64,000 nt of DNA from Amphiscolops sp. MND2022 (taxonomy: Eukaryota): assembly GCA_964187785.1 (NCBI GenBank), contig OZ076409.1:60204001-60268000 (forward strand), read 5' to 3'. Below the pieces are notes generated by a model. That model was not told the origin of the DNA, ran no database searches, and saw nothing but the letters and a program-made list of their open reading frames with translations. A program made the position numbers and the translations under genes. Of this stretch, positions 12,701-24,133 are shown piece by piece (the first letter of the stretch is position 1; each line of letters opens with the position of its first letter).

Positions 12701-15700
12701 CGAGGAACGCATCACAGACCTATCATCCCAGAAGGTATCACGACTCAACTATTTCAAACTTCAATGTATTTACTTTCATTCTTTTTTCATTTTGAATGCA
12801 TTACCAAATTCGTGTTAACACTGATAGTTTTTCACTCTTTTTGTACTGATACAGAAGGAAATCAAAGAGGGCCAAAAGTTTTCCAAAGATCTATGAATGA
12901 ATGTTGTTTACATACGACGTTCAACTAAGATATTTGTTTTATATGGCTAAATATTGTTTCCAACGTAGGTGGCTGCGAACCAGAAAGTTGAGATTCTGGA
13001 GAAACGCATAGAGATGGAGCGCAAAGGAAAACTGGATGCGGAGAAGCGAATCGCTGAGGAGAAACTTCTGGCTAAACGAAAAGCAGATGATGAAATATCC
13101 AGATTCGTCGCCGAAATAGCTAAAAAGTGAGTGTTCATGGTTTTCTGAATCTTTATTCTACGTAGAAAACCACGTGAAAAACCGCGTGATCTTTTTTTGA
13201 TATGAACGTCTTTAAAGTTAAAAATGGTTGCGTTGGCTAAAACACGAATCAATAAATGTATTAGAAAATAAATCTATAGTTATTGCACATGACGAAGTCA
13301 ATGTGCATTGCAGTCCAGCTAAGTAAGTTTTTTTCCACTATAGTCAACTTCATAATGAGCGCCTTTTAGAAAAAAGCCAAAACCCCAGAGAGATTCGAAC
13401 CTGCAGCCTCCCGATTGCACGGCATAAGTGTTGACCACTGTGCCATAGGGACGTTATTGAACAAAGTTGAACTGTTGAATATATACGCATGCGATTGAAT
13501 ATATACGATTTTTCGGCATCTTTAAAATAATCGATGTCTTCGTCATGTGTTGCGAAGCACCGCTTCGCCTCTGTGTAAATGTTATATTAATTCGAACAAC
13601 GTTATATTAATTCGAACAACAACCCAAAAAAGTAAAGTTTGCGAAATAAATCATTTTTTAAAAACAGTTCTTTTTTCTGCATGCCCAAATTTGTTTGGAA
13701 GAAAAAACACGAGATGCGGATCAACATCTAGAAATGCTGATCATTTGATAATATGAAAATGTTTAGTTCAATGTTTGTTCTAGGCGGCAACCAAAGAGGT
13801 ATCACAGTAATGTTTTTTAGTTTCCTGAAAACCTTGAAAATGTCCTGAATCCATGCTGCGTAAGGTTTTTACTTTTTATTTGGGATATTTCCAAAAACCT
13901 GTCATCTACTGCACACGGAATTTTTCGTGTTTATATAAAAACCTTTTCAATCAAAGAATTGTAATTGGTTTTTATCAACACCTTTATATTATCTGTGTTT
14001 TTAATTGTCTGTGACGTGCCTTGGCGTTGTGTAATCAAATGCGCTGAATGTAGTATTGCAATGTTTGTTGGTTTCTCCTGCTATTTTACTTGGATAAGTG
14101 CATTTGTGGTATGACTCAATTCTACCGGCTTTTCATCCGAAGTGCGACATTCGAGTGGCATTTCATCCGGATTTAGTTGGTTTCTTCCTTCAAAAGATAT
14201 GCATTTCTTTCTACACTACTGACTTGCAATGCATTTGCTCTGCTCCCCACGTAGACCATTGCCGTATTTCCTTACGTGAATAATGTTCACCCAATACCGT
14301 TGCCTGACACAAAGGAGAGCATGATACATCAATAGTTTTATTAATGTTTATTGTAAGTAAAACTTCCAATTGACACATCTCACAAAATCCATGATGCGTT
14401 TCTTTGAGCTCCAACTCCTTGCGAAACTCATGCCAACTCTGGAAGTATCATCAATAGTGCAGTTTTTTCAGTGTAACTAATTTCTTTTGCAGTCAGGCTG
14501 CAAATAGTAACTGACTGGTTAATGGTATACGACTTGCTACAATGGTCCTACTCCATGCTAAGTAGTTTTTCAGAAGTCGTTGCTCTGTAGTTCAGTGTAA
14601 GAGTGATGCCCATATTTTAAAGGGAGTTCTTTTAATTTGAACTTATTCTCGAACAAGTCAACCTTTTCTGAAAATTTCAACTGGCGAAATTCTCGAAAGC
14701 ATCTTCAAGCTTTTAAAATTGATTACTGGATACAAATTTAAAAGATTAATTTCAACAACACTTGGATCGATCTTGTTACAAATCATGTTTCAAGATCGAA
14801 GATTGATTGAGTCGACTTCATTGATGGTCTGTCAATTTATTTGAGCATCGTCTAAATATATCCAGTCACAACATCTAAATATATCCAGTCACATAACAGT
14901 CTCAATTTCCGGTCTGATTACGTAATATATAGTTATGAACTGATCTTCAACCTCGCTGGGCGTATAAGCAGCATGAACCTATGTTTGAGTGCTATTTGAT
15001 AATTAAGTTTGCTCAAAGTATGCCGACGTTGTCTCGAATTTTGTTCACATTCAAGTTGAAAGCAAAATTGATTTCGCTGTTCAACTTTTCTGAATGAGAC
15101 GGTTTTCGTGTAAAATTATGTTCTACTTCAATCATGTTTTTTTTTAGGTTTGAAACTTTCTACGAAAACAACCTATCTTTATTCCGAACTGAAACAATGT
15201 ATCAGTTTTGTGTCATTTTAGTTCCATTCATTCAAAATTTGAGCTCGAATGATTTGTATCTTCCGAATTTGACAAATGGGATAAAACCCAAAAATACGTT
15301 CATTTGACAAATCTCTGTATAATCCGAATTTTTCTCACACGTCTGCAACTGCATTTTCTGAAAAATGAATTGAATGGAAACTGGTCGTGCTCAATTTTCT
15401 GTCGGCGGGTTGGGTCCTGTCTGTCACCTTAATTCCAAGATTTTCGAGTAGAAACCGGGGCTCAAATGTTGCTTAATTAAAATTTAACAACCCGATTCTG
15501 GGAATAAAATTCACGCGGCCATAAAATTGGCATACGAATCTAAGGTCCTGCCAACTTCATGTCGTAGAAACACTATTTTGAAAGAGTTGACTATTTTTGA
15601 CACCTCGTACGTTGAAAGCAGAATGAGCCACGTTCTACGTTCTTCCACGGTCCAAAATAGTAGACCTCAAGTATCTCAAAAGAAAAGACGTTTGTCTCGA

Positions 15701-18700
15701 AAAAAAAAACAAATCGACCTCTAGCTGCTTTATACTTGGATTTTGTATTCTTGTGAGTGAATAGTAAGACGAGTCATTGATTTACATAATGTTCTGCGTG
15801 ATTTTCGTTTTCATCGGATTATTTGTCGATTTCAAGGTTTTTTCTCACCACCACGACTTCTTTTGGTTTTTTTCATTTGACCAAAAGATCCTCTTTTCTG
15901 TTGTTTTATTGACCTGAAAGGTCACTTATTCGAGTTTTTTTGGTACTCTGAGCTTCTGCACAATATAGAAAACAAGCCGAGAATGGCCCAAGTGGCCTTC
16001 CCGCCTTAGGCTTACAAAGCAATCTCCTGAATATGATCGAGAACAATCATTGCGCTAAATCCGAATTTTTGACATAATACCCAATTGATCTTTATAAAGG
16101 TTACAAGGTTTCCGGCTTTGAACCAAAAATAGCATTGAACATTCACTGCTTTGTATAATTGTCGAGAATCTCATTGAAAACCTTTGAACCAAATTAAATT
16201 CAATCTGAAGTATTTGATAGCTTTCTGTACGTTACTTGGTATTTGGCGGAGACGTTTTCCCATTGGTGGATTCCCAGATTTTAGTGAGAATTTCGTATTT
16301 CTTGGTTAATTGCGAATTTTATTTTTGGGGCTTCGAAAGGAAATCAAATTCACAATCGAGCATTGAAAGAATACTCCATTTTTTGGAAAATTTTTTTCTG
16401 AATGTGTCCACTAAAGTGAGTGTACTTTTTGAAGAGTGGACGCTTTTGTGATCTAGGGGCATGATTCAATCGGTGGAAAGGCCATTCTGCATTTAGACTC
16501 GCTAAGAATAGTGATGTCCAGTTGAATCAATTTAAACCGATTTTTGGACCAGAAACGAATTCAACCGACCATTGAACAATTTTTGAACGCTCAAGATTCT
16601 GAAAACGCCCACGGTCGACGAGTCATTTGGAATGCGAAAGGTGAAGCAGATACAGTTAAAACAAATTGATGAAGCATCGGCTTAGTCATTAAAAAATTTT
16701 GAGTAAATGTGTAATTTTTAGATGAATCTGTTCACTTTTTAATGTATGCAATGCTTCTTGAATAACATCGTTTGATGAAAGTTCTTAAAAAGGATTTAGA
16801 TCCGCTATTTGGCAATGGTAGAATCAATACAAGATAATTTTATTCAATAAGTTCGAAACATGTTTGCAACAGTTCTGAGCAATTCAGTCATTATCTGAAC
16901 AAAAAGGTTTCTCCGAGATTCGGGATACTGATTAAATAGTAAATCTGGAAACACCATGGGTGAGAAACTTTTGATTGGAGTTTCCTTCTACTCAGATATT
17001 AAATTCTATTCGTGGAACCAAATCTCCTATTGTTGATTTTCTATTTTTTGAATTTGTAGGATAATGTTTGGAAACTTGATTCCTCTAGCCGTTCCGGTGA
17101 AAAGGAGCTCATTGTGCCATTTAGATGCATATGCTTTGAATTGCCCTCCGTCTAAACATTGTTTTTATTCGCCAGGAATGAGTGCACCTCTACGAACTGT
17201 TCGAAGAAACTGAAGGAATTGGAAGGAGACAAAATTCAGATTCAGAACGAGCTTGTTCGCAAAAACGAGAGAATGCAGAACATGGAACAGGAAATAGAGG
17301 TAAGTGTCTCCTTTGCTCAAGTAAATAGAACAACCCAACTCCCCCACCAACCCCCTATAAAAAGAAAGTGCCTTGCGAAGTGACCGCGAGCGATTCAACA
17401 GGATACAATTTAAAATCTTAACTGCCGCATCTACTAAATCGTTCCAATTCCTATAATTTGGGAATGACTTCCACTGAGTGTAGTGGCTTTAAAACAGTAC
17501 TTTCTCGGAAATTCTCGAGTTGATTTGACAATGATGAATGAAATATCTGTTTGTATAATAATCTATGCCTATCATTTGATCAATCAATTTCAAGTGTCAT
17601 TTCTTTCTGACCCACTGAATTGAAGCGATTAAACTTTTGACCTGTCATTGGCCACTGTAATTGATAATGACCTAGTAAAATAAAAGCTTCATGTCTCGCC
17701 TCCCTTTGTCACATATCAAGTATGATGAAATTATATGTATGGGATCAATACCGAGCTCGCTAGTTGAAGGCTTAACCTCAGAGATTGCTTAGATCTGACA
17801 TAATTTATGGCTAATATGCTCGTAAAATGCCAAATTGGTTTATACTAGTGTATATTAGTCCTTTGACTTGCAGTCAATCATTTTTGCAACCAATGCAGAA
17901 ACTGGACATAGAAAATTGGAAATAATGATTCGGATTTTAGTTGAAATTCTTGAATTTCATTCCTTGGTGTGAGGTTTGTTCAACACATACCAGTGTTGAA
18001 TAAAATATTCAACAATGTACCGCTTTTCCGTGTCAAATACCACAATCGAATGATTCGTTGTGGGAAAGTTCTGAGGAATTAAAAGGTAACAGTAACAAGC
18101 CGGGAACGGCATAAATCAGCGTCATATGTAAGGCTCAAAAATAGCTATAGGACTTCAAAGTGTCAAGTATTCTTTTACAGTACCTGAAAAACCCAGAAGT
18201 TGTAGCGAATTGGCGTTAAAAGGGGGGACCCTTTGGAGAAATTTTTTTCGAAAAAGTCTCAATGCCGAAAAAACTGAAAGGGTGGACCCTTTAGTCTCTT
18301 CCGGTATTTTGTTACGCGGAAAAGAGGAAAAACCTTTTTGGTTCAGTTCGCTAGGCCAAATGATTCAATTTGGGACCAGAAAAATTTCGTAGAACTTTAA
18401 GAACTATTTTGGTCAGTTCGTGTGGATAGAAAAAAGTCACTATAATAGTCGCGTTTCACTTCATGAAGCGCCAACTAAAAACTGGGCAAAATTCATGATT
18501 TCGGCTCTTGTTTTTCAGACACTGCGGCTTCTACGGGATGAGTTGTCTGAGAAGGGACGTGAGATCGCGAGGGTGCAGGAGCTGAACAGTAGACTGGAAA
18601 ACAACCTCAGCATAGAGAACAAGTACAAGATGGAACTGTTCTCTGCCCTGAACGATTGCAATCGCAAGATAAACAACTTCCAGGGTAGCACTACTGTCCT

Positions 18701-20336
18701 GCGCTTGATTAATTTCAGTTTCAATGGCTCCGCTCCCGATATACATGTAGATGCTATATGAATCGTTTGATAGGATTCTTCTGTAGGAATGATGTGAAAA
18801 ACTGAAGCATACATGTATTTGGTTTCATACCTTGTTATTAGTTGATGTGAATCTCATCTATACGTTGAAACATTGTAGTAACCTCTAAAAGCAATAAATA
18901 AATCGGAACTAAAATCATCCATCAAAGCAACTTGATTACGTTAATTTTGAAAGTGAATATTCCAAGAAATCTGCCTAAAACTGAAAAATGTTTCGCAAAT
19001 GATATTAACATTTCTTGAATAATTTTGAAGTTGTAAGAAACCACTGAGCCCCGAATGGGCTAATTTTTGGTACCTTGTTTTTTTTCGTCACAGACCTCAC
19101 ACCGAATGGTTCACTTTTTACAGATTTTACGCTCAAGTTCTAATGGGTGGCAAAAGGGTACTCCGTTTGAGTTTTTCATAGTATTTAACGTATCCTAAAG
19201 TTTTTTCGGCACTGTGCAACTTTTTTCAAAATTTTTAGTTTTTATTTTATGTTAGGCTAATACGTTTCAAGGGCATAAAGGGCCACCCTTTAGGTTTTTC
19301 GGCACTGTGCGATTTTCGATTTTTTAAAAAAACACAAATTTCGCCGATTTTAATGTTTCCAGTGAGAAAAGCGTTTCTCTAGCATGAAACGCTCCCTTTG
19401 TGTATTTTTGGGCACTCTTACATTTTTGAGAATTTCTTTGAAAACCCTGAGCATATTTTGAAAACTTCACGCTTTTTGAGCCTTAAGCGGGGTGCCGACT
19501 TCGGACGTTCCCTTCTTCTTTATATTCAAAATACATTCTTTTTCAAGTCGAACTGGCTTCAAAGAACAAGGAGATCATGGAACTCCAATATCGCAACACA
19601 TTCGCAGCCGGAGGCACTGGCGACAGATTCCCCTTCTTGGTGGCCCACTCTGCTCCACCCACCCACAATGGCCCCGGGGGCCCAGTCACCCAACAGGCGA
19701 CCCTCAATCACCTGGGAGACAACACAGTCGTGGCCCCTGGAGGGCCTGCTCCCACACAGTATTTTTTGCCCCCTCAGGTAAGTGTTAGCGATTCCATTGG
19801 GAAGAAAAAACATCGTTGATAAGTTTTCGTGGAAACGTAAGAGCCGAATTTTTTAAGCACTTTAAAGTTACGCCACTTGGTACCGAATTTTGTTTTAAAA
19901 ACATTTTAAGAAATATCGCAAAGTCGCAAGTCCGCAAAAACTCATAATTGACTCCTCGGAAGTTCAAATTATACATAGCTGGACAGTTTCGAAGCTATTT
20001 CAGCTATAGGAATTCAAATTTGTTTTGGATCTTGTCACTCGTATAATTTACGTTTAGGTGCAAACCCACGTCACTAGAAGTTCGCCCATCAACGTGAGCA
20101 ACTTGAATCCAGAGGCCATGGTCTACAGTCCTGTGAATGCAGCCGCCGTTTCATGTCAGGGCAGTATTCCCGGTCAAGGGTCAGTTGTGGTGGGGCCAGG
20201 TCCCGTCAGCAGTAACCCCAACGTGGTCATGGGTGGATCTGCAGCCGTGTCGTCCATGAGTGGGGCAATCGTGTCTGGAGTGGGGGGCTCCGTTTCCTCA
20301 GTCTCCAATGTCTCTCCCTCTGACATCGCCCAGTGA
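3629..20336 (+). CDS. MACO1: Macoilin (TMEM57), complete spliced gene, 15 coding exons, ~971 aa
   Basis: Exons: 3629-3714, 4052-4193, 4750-5009, 5608-5759, 8076-8370, 8841-9130, 9596-9732, 10697-10946, 11438-11591, 12542-12734, 12969-13126, 17176-17299, 18519-18684, 19548-19777, 20058-20336. All introns are GT-AG with matching phases; the total is 2916 nt, divisible by 3. Diagnostic macoilin text: RFEYLWP, YVWVQYVWHTERGIC, LCRPFAAHSIGYPVVTLGFGFKSY, QKENEFYFQLL, LENNLSIENKYKMELFSAL. Confidence 0.95.
4052..4193 (+). CDS. MACO1: Macoilin exon 2 (transmembrane region)
   Basis: TLLYLKFVLVWGGVLLLDFLLDVRFEYLWPVWLFVQSVHDTYKYQGL; tttcag/GTAAAT boundaries. Confidence 0.95.
4750..5009 (+). CDS. MACO1: Macoilin exon 3 (transmembrane region)
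   Basis: AFSLFF...YVWVQYVWHTERGICFPTVALWFIFVYVEAAIR...LCRPFAAH. Confidence 0.95.
5608..5759 (+). CDS. MACO1: Macoilin exon 4
   Basis: IGYPVVTLGFGFKSYISYKLRLRKQVEVQKENEFYFQLLKQALP; donor GTAAGT. Confidence 0.95.
7139..7489 (-). mobile_element. Helentron-derived non-autonomous element (HINE/DINE-1-like), family A
   Basis: One end AAACAAG-gccgggaacggc (stem-loop)-AGTCGGCGC; the other end TAGTC..GCGCCGACTAAAAA (subterminal inverted repeat plus local hairpin). Inserted in T/A runs with no TSD. Confidence 0.75.
8076..8370 (+). CDS. MACO1: Macoilin exon 5 (N/S-rich low complexity)
   Basis: Open frame, higher GC than the flanks, phase 1 in and phase 2 out, matching both neighbours. Confidence 0.8.
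8841..9130 (+). CDS. MACO1: Macoilin exon 6 (S/G/N-rich)
   Basis: GPLVINTPSS...NNSA; phases match. Confidence 0.8.
9596..9732 (+). CDS. MACO1: Macoilin exon 7
   Basis: GANSSGGAGGGGVLSPSTPKNPILAVKQIATAITGGSCLSPNSSYE; tttcag/GTCAGT; phases match. Not captured in this frame by the ORF track. Confidence 0.75.
10697..10946 (+). CDS. MACO1: Macoilin exon 8 (G/S/N-rich)
   Basis: ELSKKSSS...KKRGGGG; tttcag/GTACGT. Confidence 0.8.
11438..11591 (+). CDS. MACO1: Macoilin exon 9
   Basis: GGNNNNNSGG...ENLTDAEKIEK; leads into the coiled coil. Confidence 0.8.
12542..12734 (+). CDS. MACO1: Macoilin exon 10 (coiled coil)
   Basis: IEKLEMSVKALSADL...NQELSSKL...ERQMKQELEQMRSDKRGLEERI. Confidence 0.9.
12969..13126 (+). 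CDS. MACO1: Macoilin exon 11 (coiled coil)
   Basis: VAANQKVEILEKRIEMERKGKLDAEKRIAEEK...; donor GTGAGT. Confidence 0.9.
17176..17299 (+). CDS. MACO1: Macoilin exon 12
   Basis: NECTSTNCSKKLKELEGDK...MEQEIE; donor GTAAGT. Confidence 0.9.
18094..18481 (-). mobile_element. HINE family A copy
   Basis: Same termini as 7139-7489, with internal gggacccttt repeats. Confidence 0.75.
18519..18684 (+). CDS. MACO1: Macoilin exon 13
   Basis: ...LENNLSIENKYKMELFSALNDCNRKI, equivalent to the conserved LENSLSAETRIKLDLFSALG block. Confidence 0.9.
19548..19777 (+). CDS. MACO1: Macoilin exon 14
   Basis: ELASKNKEIMELQ followed by a P/G-rich tail; AAG acceptor, GTAAGT donor. Confidence 0.8.
20058..20336 (+). 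CDS. MACO1: Macoilin terminal exon
   Basis: VQTHVTRSSPINVSNLNPEAMVYSP... to TGA; the LNPEAxVYxP motif resembles the vertebrate macoilin C-terminus. Confidence 0.85.
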   Translation: MQTHVTRSSPINVSNLNPEAMVYSPVNAAAVSCQGSIPGQGSVVVGPGPVSSNPNVVMGGSAAVSSMSGAIVSGVGGSVSSVSNVSPSDIAQ

Positions 20337-23300
20337 TTAAGACGACCCAAACAAGAAGGTGTTTTCTGTTGATGGTGTTATGTATCAATCGTGGCTGGGT
20401 GGCGTGTTAGTGGGATGGATGGCATGTGGAAAAGACTTTGTTTGAAGAATTTGTAGTAGAAAGAGAAAACTGCTGCTGGTCTAAAGAGATTTCCCAATTC
20501 CTGATTCTTCTTATCCTCCCCTTTCATTTCTTCTTCTTAATTTGGGTTTCTTCTACATTACAAACTATAGAAAGTGTAAAATGTTTTAAGTTGCACGAAT
20601 GATGAACTGTCCAGCTTCTATTCAAATTATCGCATCGTTTTTGTTTCCATAGAAAATTACTTACTACTCCTATACTACTATTACCAAACTATCAGTTATT
20701 ATATTATTACAAGTGCTTTAGATTATGACCGTCGTCGAATAAATACTTGCGCTATCTTCCTTGTTTCAAAACCTTTCAATACTTGGTGAATGATTCAATC
20801 CTGTGGTTGTTGTTCAGTTGTTTTAAGCCGCCCTCCAATGACAAATTAAAACAAAAGCAACCTTCCTCCTTTCTTGTTTTTCAGTCCTTCAGTTCTCCCG
20901 CCCAACTGACTTACCATCAAAATGCTGATTGACAATTAAATGGACGACCAACCTAATCCATGTCTAGATCCCACTATTTCTCATGATGTTTCCTAGTTTC
21001 TCTAGGATAATCAATCCAGTAACAACATCCGACGATGCTAAGTGTGAATTTAGTTTAAACTCCTTTGCCAGTGATTGGCATCCAATGAATACTTAACGTT
21101 GCTTCTGCGCCAAGCTAAGTTGGGTTTAGAACTTTGCATAAACAACCAGTTGCGAGTAATTTAGAAGTTTACTTCATGAACTCAGAAGTTTATTCGACAG
21201 TTTAAAGCGTCTGCAATAATTTTGAACTCGGAAAATTTTCATCGTAATTTTGCCAAACTAGCAGCAAATAGGAAACATAAGCTTCCAAAAACACGTTTTT
21301 GTTCAATTTTTTTCTAAACTCGTTCTTTTTGCAATTAAATTGCCATATTTAGCAATCGTCTCGTGTAACCATTATGACTCGAAGAGTTTTTTAAATTTCC
21401 CGACATGGATGTTTGCTGTGCATACACATAGATGTCAGTTTTTAATTGAATATAAATTATCAGTTTTTGTCTTTCATGTGGTTTCTGTGATTAATTTTTG
21501 CTTTTATAAAATTTCATGTCGAAAACAGCGGAAAAAGGATCTAAAAGGAATATGAAGATTTGAGTACGAATACTTTCAAATTTTATTTTCGACATTGATA
21601 AATTGAGTTATTGCGTTTCATTGATGAGATGAGTAACTTACCTGTTATAAATATGAACTTTTTTCGGAATTTTCATACAAAAATCTCTTTTCTGAACAAT
21701 GACCTTTTTCTGCGTGAGCTGGAATATTACCGTGACGGACGCGCACAGCATTTTCCGACCAGACGGTATCTTGACGAATTGTTTTCTCAAAAGTAATCGT
21801 TCGTTGAGAGCTTTGCCTGTATTCAAAAGTACCGCCTACTAATAGAAGATCCTAAATTTAAGTAACAAAGAATATTGCGCAAGATTTGGGTGCTTTCTCT
21901 CAGAAAGCTAACACTTTGGTAAAGCTCGAAAATTGAAAATCTTTTCGAGAAATATGTTCACAATTGGAGATTTACTTTTTGGGTACAAAACTTTTAGTGA
22001 CCCCCGAAGGGGGAGGCTTTTGTTTTCAATTTCCTCCGAAGATTTCCAAAAGTTTTCCAGATACGTTTTCCGCAAAATTTCGCGTATCTCTCAGCTGCTG
22101 GTTGTTTTTTTGCAAGCGAAGCTGTACGTATACTTGCTTGGATGCTTGTTTATATCTTGGTTGTTTATTTCAAGGTGCCGCCGTTTCATTTGTTACCAAT
22201 AATCGATAGATAAAGTTAACCACCATTATCACTTGAAGCCTATTCCAGTACTCGTGACATGAATACGATCAAACCCAATCTCCTTACTCGACCTGAAATC
22301 AATTCGAGAATAAAAATCAGATACTCAGCATTAATTTTTTGTTTTAAAAATGCACTAACTACAGCGGCCTGTTAGGATCTATTAAAGGGTAATAATAACA
22401 TCTCAAAACACGAAAATTCAATAAAATACGTTGACTGTCATTTGAAAGTTTTTGGAATTTGAAAGTTTTGGAGTTTTTCAGTCTGTTTCTGCTGTGATAC
22501 GATAGATACTTTATCGCTGCCAATTGAAGTAATTTAACATTGGTACTAATGGTAGATATAATTTGAAGGATTGAGATGTGTTTTTATTGGAATCCTGGAA
22601 TGTTATTCCAGCAGAATTTTGAATAGTTAGTTTTTGGATAGAATTCTGAATCTTTCCAGATATTTTTGGCTCTTGAAGTCCAATTATAACCTTGTAGATT
22701 CTGCTTCGGGCGGGTCGAGGAAGGTGGAACCGGTTTCGGGTGCTGCTACTCAATAGGGATGTCGTGCATTCATTTAAAATACAAGCACAACTTTCGAGTT
22801 CTGAAGACTTCAGATATTTTTACAACTTTGACAAAATTGTGAATTCATTGGCATCCTCGTTAATTGTGTTCTATGTATTTCCGTGCAGCAACCCTATGTG
22901 ACTGTTGTTCTAGGAGGCCAGTAAATGGTACGCTTGGATACGAAGAAGTTATCGGCAAATAAAGTTGACTCTCTGTGAAATCTCTGAAGTTTGAACTGTG
23001 ACGATTTCAAGTTCAAGCCAAGCCTGCTTTAGTTGTTTTCACGTTTGGACGAGGCGTCATGTTGCTATTGATATTGAAAATTGTGATGTTTTATTTTGAT
23101 CAATCAAAATGGCTACACGCGCGCGTATCGTTTTTTGGTCTACCTTGTAGTTAAGATTGCATTCAGTGAATTGCCGTATGAGAAAGATTTTTGGAAAAAA
23201 TATTTTGATAGAAAAATGAATCTATAATAATCACCTAAAGTTCAATGAAGTTTGGGCTTAATAAACCAAATAAATCATCTCAGACGGTGGTTCATTATAG

Positions 23301-24133
23301 GCCATCTCAACTGTGTTGAACTGAGTGAATCCTTCCTTTTTGGTAATTTCAAATTGCATAAATACAAAGCTACAAGAACTGCTAGTCCTAGTTACTCTGT
23401 TCTATCCAGGCGGCGTCTCCGACTGCTCAGCTCGGCTGCTTCCACTATGACATCATGCTATTTCAGTTGCAGCCCTTGTGACGTCATGTCTTTACCACCG
23501 AAACGACAACAACGGCCCCAACCCAAGACATCGCATTTTTTGTTTTAGTACATGTTTTAGTTCAATGGCGTAGAATTTATTTTTTATCCTCCGTCTTTTC
23601 ATATTTTTATTCACTGCAGGTTGATTTAAGCACTTGTTTATCTAGCAAAAGAATGAAAGTTTGAAATGAACATTTTTATGTAAGAGAACACTTCGTAAAT
23701 TACTCAAAAATAGCGTTAGACAAAAATTGAATATAGTTTCTGAAGTATTTTATAGCTAAATTTTTCTGATGAAACTTTTCGGAAAATGATGAACTACAGA
23801 AGTCTTCGGGAAATTTGAATAACTTTTAATTCAGAGTTTCCGTCCTAATTTCCTGTCAGAAGAATGGAGGGCATAAATGGCCTCCACACATCTTTGTGAC
23901 AAAAAAACAAACAAGGTTCAGCCTAATAGTTTGCCGTCGGAACTATATTCAAAAAGCTGAAACATATGCAGTCATTTAGGTGGATACAACCTGAAAAAAA
24001 ATTGGAAACAAGACCGCAATTATCTGTGCATTGCAGGATGTACATCAATCAAATTGCTCTGGAAGACCCATAATGCGTCTGGATCAACCCGTTACTTGGA
24101 CGTAACAAATGAAACATACTTGGTGAGTTTAGT

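Noticed and set aside
14100..15050. Second hAT-like transposase relic on the minus strand (LQVSSVER, WHEFRKE)
   Set aside because: The motifs are too degenerate to support without a profile search.
21640..23550. Minus-strand spliced coding gene downstream of macoilin
   Set aside because: Some splice-like signals and GC-richer islands exist, but I could not join them into an open frame. A non-coding transcript cannot be excluded.
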